NCBI GenBank assembly: GCA_028278255.1
Contig: JANQER010000241.1
Span: 1-39,434, forward strand
Source of the DNA: Elusimicrobiota bacterium
GTDB lineage: Bacteria; Elusimicrobiota; Elusimicrobia; FEN-1173
Length of the DNA: 39,434 bases
Reading direction: 5' to 3'
A program made the translations under genes and the position numbers. Position 1 is the first letter of the stretch; each line of letters opens with the position of its first letter. The notes below the pieces were generated by a model. The model was not told where the DNA came from. It saw only the letters and a list, made by a program, of their open reading frames with translations, and did not search any database. Below, piece by piece: positions 37,064 through 39,434 of the stretch.

Positions 37064-39313
37064 TCAATCAAACACAACAGGATTAAAAACATTCTCCTGA
37101 TCAAAAACACGTTTAATCTTTCTGCACAAAGGAACATTGGCCCACGCAAAACACACCTTCTCCCCATCTCCCTGTCTCCCCATCTCCCCGTCTCGCCCTT
37201 CATCCCTCTCGCCTTTTGCATACAATCTTAATGTCACTTCCACAATCACACCCAGTGTTCCCCAAGCGCCCAAAAACAGTTTGGCCGCATCATAACCCGC
37301 CACATTCTTCACCACTTTCCCGCCAAACTCAACCACATCTCCATTGGCCAAAACAGCCTTAAGCCCAATCACCTGATCGCGCAAGTCAGGCAGCAAACTG
37401 GACCGTGTGGACAAAATCCCCCCCAGAGTCCCTACCCCCCTCACGCACACAAATTGATTGGCCGGCTTCAACACTTTATCCAAATCACCCAATGTCGCGC
37501 CTGCCTGAACTGTCAGGGTAAAATTATCTTTATCATGATCCACAATCTTATTTAAGCCATCCAAAACCAAGACCCTTGCCCCATCCGGCACAACAAACCC
37601 TTTTGTGCCTTTGCCTTTTAAAAACAATGTTTCCTTTTTTTCTGCTGCCTCTTGGCACAAGGACTGTAAATGCGCAATATTCCGTATCTGAATCACCTGC
37701 CCTGATCGGGCGGGGGCAAGCCCCGCCCGTACAGACCATTTGGAATCTGCACCATCAATTTCGTCCGGCCGGCTTTTGGCCGGATCAATTTCGCGCCCAA
37801 AGGGCGCCAATTTCGTCCGCCATGCCTTCTTGGCGGGCCAATTTCTATCAACTTTTCTCTCTGGCAGTATTTTCCCCGCATTGAACAAATGCCCCGGATC
37901 CAGCGCTTCTTTAATCCGCTGAAAAACATCAAGCGTCTCTGCTGAAAAAACCCACTTCATGGCCTCTCTCTTGTCCAGGCCAATGCCATGCTCGCCGGAC
38001 AAAGACCCGCCCAAATCCACGCACACCCGCATCATCTCATATCCCGCGGCTTTCACGCGCTTGGTCTGCGCCGGATAACGTTCATCAAAAATCATATTGG
38101 GATGAAGATTCCCATCGCCCAAATGGCCAATCAGCCCCATCCGAATATTCTCCCGTGCGGCAATGGCCCGGATCTGCTTCACCGCTTCAGGCAGCCGTGT
38201 TCTTGGCACCACCCCGTCTTCCACCAATACATTGGGCATCAAACGGGCCATGGCCGGATAAGCCCCTTTTCTCCCCTGCCAAAGTTTCTCCCGCTCCTGC
38301 TCATCTTTGGCTTCACGATATTCTTGGCAGCCATTTTTTTGACAGATTTCTCTAATTGCATTAATTTCCTGCTGCAATTTTTGTACGGGCTGGGCATGCC
38401 CAGCCTCTACGACATTTCTCTTTGCCATATGCCATAAATCATCCACTTCAATCAGCAAAACAGCTTCAGCGTCTTGGGGATAACCCGCATGAACAAACGC
38501 CTCAGTGGCTTGCACTGTGACCCGGTCAATAAACTCCAACGTGGTCGGCACAATCCCGGCTGACACAATGTCCGTGACTGACTGAACAGCAGTCCCTATT
38601 GATCCAAAGGACACAAGCAAAGTCCGAATTTCCGTAGGCACAGGCAAAAGTCCCACCTGAATTTTAGTAATCAACCCCAAAGTGCCTTCTGAACCCACAA
38701 AAAGTCCTGTCATGTCATACCCGGGGTCATCCACAGAGGTTCGGACCAATTCGCCGTCATAAAGAACCATCTCAAGCGCTTTCACATGATTTGATGTCAC
38801 CCCGTATTTCAAACAATGAGGCCCGCCTGCATTGGTGCCCACATTCCCGCCCAAAGTACACGCCTTTTGACTGGACGGGTCAGGCGCATAAAAAAGCCCG
38901 TGCGGCTCCAAAGCCTTTTGCAAATGACTGTTAATCACGCCTGGTTCCACCCAGGCTGTATGCTGCTCAGCCTGAATATCCAAAATCTTGTTCATCCTGG
39001 AAAAATGCATCACCATCCCGCGCTTCACCGGCACAGTGCTGCCGCACAAACCAGTGCCTGCCCCGCGCGCAGTCACAGGGATTTTGTATTGAGATGCCAA
39101 TTGTACAGCTTTCTGCACATCGGCCGTGCACTGCGGCAAAACCACCACATCCGGCAAACCTCTGTCCACAGCCCCGTCAAAAGAATAGAGCAGGCGCATC
39201 CCGGCGGAATCCAACACCTGATCCGGCCCTAATATTTTTCTCAGTTTCTCAATAAATTTTATATTCATATTTTTATATGCCCGGTCATGGCAAAGAACGG
39301 AGTTCAGACTCAT
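37064..39313 (-). CDS. FAD-linked oxidase, GlcD-like and GlcE-like halves fused in one frame
   Basis: 749 aa.
- aa 1 to ~480: GlcD-type FAD/PCMH domain plus C-terminal domain (ARGAGTGLCGS, GGNVGTNAGG, GSEGTLG, HLGDGNLHPN, SGEHGIG, ends ...LDPGHLFNAGKI)
- from about nt 37690 downward: a second PCMH FAD domain typical of GlcE (LFLKGKGTKG, VQAGATLGDL, KNVAGYD, GAWGTLGVIVEVTLRL)
- the ~60-codon linker is made of repeat elements
An alternative start is ATG 39268 (MNIKFIEKL). Confidence 0.8.
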   Translation of the reverse strand: MSLNSVLCHDRAYKNMNIKFIEKLRKILGPDQVLDSAGMRLLYSFDGAVDRGLPDVVVLPQCTADVQKAVQLASQYKIPVTARGAGTGLCGSTVPVKRGMVMHFSRMNKILDIQAEQHTAWVEPGVINSHLQKALEPHGLFYAPDPSSQKACTLGGNVGTNAGGPHCLKYGVTSNHVKALEMVLYDGELVRTSVDDPGYDMTGLFVGSEGTLGLITKIQVGLLPVPTEIRTLLVSFGSIGTAVQSVTDIVSAGIVPTTLEFIDRVTVQATEAFVHAGYPQDAEAVLLIEVDDLWHMAKRNVVEAGHAQPVQKLQQEINAIREICQKNGCQEYREAKDEQEREKLWQGRKGAYPAMARLMPNVLVEDGVVPRTRLPEAVKQIRAIAARENIRMGLIGHLGDGNLHPNMIFDERYPAQTKRVKAAGYEMMRVCVDLGGSLSGEHGIGLDKREAMKWVFSAETLDVFQRIKEALDPGHLFNAGKILPERKVDRNWPAKKAWRTKLAPFGREIDPAKSRPDEIDGADSKWSVRAGLAPARSGQVIQIRNIAHLQSLCQEAAEKKETLFLKGKGTKGFVVPDGARVLVLDGLNKIVDHDKDNFTLTVQAGATLGDLDKVLKPANQFVCVRGVGTLGGILSTRSSLLPDLRDQVIGLKAVLANGDVVEFGGKVVKNVAGYDAAKLFLGAWGTLGVIVEVTLRLYAKGERDEGRDGEMGRQGDGEKVCFAWANVPLCRKIKRVFDQENVFNPVVFD
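37708..37846 (-). repeat. GC-rich palindrome plus REP/BIME-like hairpin array inside the glcD-glcE linker
   Basis: GGGCGGGGGCAAGCCCCGCCC lies at 37708-37728. At 37754-37846 the plus strand reads ATCAATTTCG TCCGGCC-GGCTTTT-GGCCGGA TCAATTTCG CGCCC-AAA-GGGCG CCAATTTCG TCCGCC...GGCGGG CCAATTTC. The unit CGAAATTGGCGCCCTTTGGGCGCGAAATT is nearly identical to 5646-5673. Confidence 0.85.
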
Positions 39314-39329
39314 ATTTTTTGATGAAATT

Positions 39330-39434
39330 GTAACCCTGGGGTCGAGTGGCCCAGAGGGATCTCACCTCCAGGCTCTCACAGATCCGTACATGAGTCTCTC
39401 GATTCATACGGCTCTTACTGTTCGGCCATTCTCA
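39330..39434 (-). mobile_element. 3' end of a group II intron (domain V and domain VI region), partial at the window edge
   Basis: The reverse strand of 39381-39414 reads GAGCCGUAU-GAAUC-GAGA-GACUC-AU-GUACGGAUC. This is the 34-nt domain V layout: the AGC triad, a 2-nt bulge and a GNRA tetraloop. Further hairpins follow (CCUGGAGG..CCCUCUGGG and CUGGG..CCCAG), then ...GGGUUAC near 39330. The exact 3' boundary is uncertain. Confidence 0.6.

Noticed and set aside
1-39434. tRNA, rRNA, tmRNA, RNase P or SRP RNA genes in the spacers
   Set aside because: I found no T-loop (GGTTCGAAT-like) or acceptor-stem pattern and no conserved cores of these RNAs in any spacer. The spacers are occupied by the repeat families described above.

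Overview
This is a 39.4-kb bacterial window with no rRNA or tRNA, so I make no taxonomic call. The gene content (SucCD, KorAB, long-form IspG, a GlcDEF-like oxidase, several thioredoxin-fold genes) is compatible with an uncultivated lineage. I can support 24 protein-coding genes, one 5'-truncated pseudogene, the 3' end of a group II intron, and several short repeat families.

Layout, left to right:
- sucC-sucD on the reverse strand, with sucD cut by the window edge
- a CBS-pair gene, korA-korB, and a Zn-ribbon/CBS gene
- a Phd/YefM-VapC toxin-antitoxin pair with a consensus promoter and a palindromic operator
- a DUF4143 ATPase remnant
- one 9.4-kb reverse-strand ORF of 3141 codons
- trxB
- two tandem GspE/PilB-family ATPases, each fused C-terminally to a receiver (REC) domain; the first has degenerate catalytic motifs
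- a cheY / cheC-like / cheY / cheY-cheC-fusion array, with no CheA, CheW, MCP or pilus structural genes in the window
- ispG, an AI-2E transporter and a TrmH/SpoU methyltransferase
- a reverse-strand block: rhomboid protease, polA, TlpA-like oxidoreductase, trxA, a glcF-like gene and a fused glcD-glcE-like gene

Three things deserve the closest look:
1. The giant mosaic ORF. It carries a signal anchor, a possible TraB/Tiki-like ectodomain, CPBP membrane-protease motifs, a degenerate GHKL ATPase, a complete phosphoglycerate kinase, an NPPY-like SAM methyltransferase and a HisKA histidine kinase.
2. The neighbouring cluster of six REC domains. Two are fused to PilB-type ATPases and three sit next to or are fused with CheC-type phosphatase domains.
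3. Short palindromic and low-complexity repeats. They fill almost every intergenic spacer and are also read through in frame inside genes or at gene ends (giant ORF, glcD-glcE junction, polA and glcF C-termini).

All homology calls come from motif recognition by eye. No database search was run.
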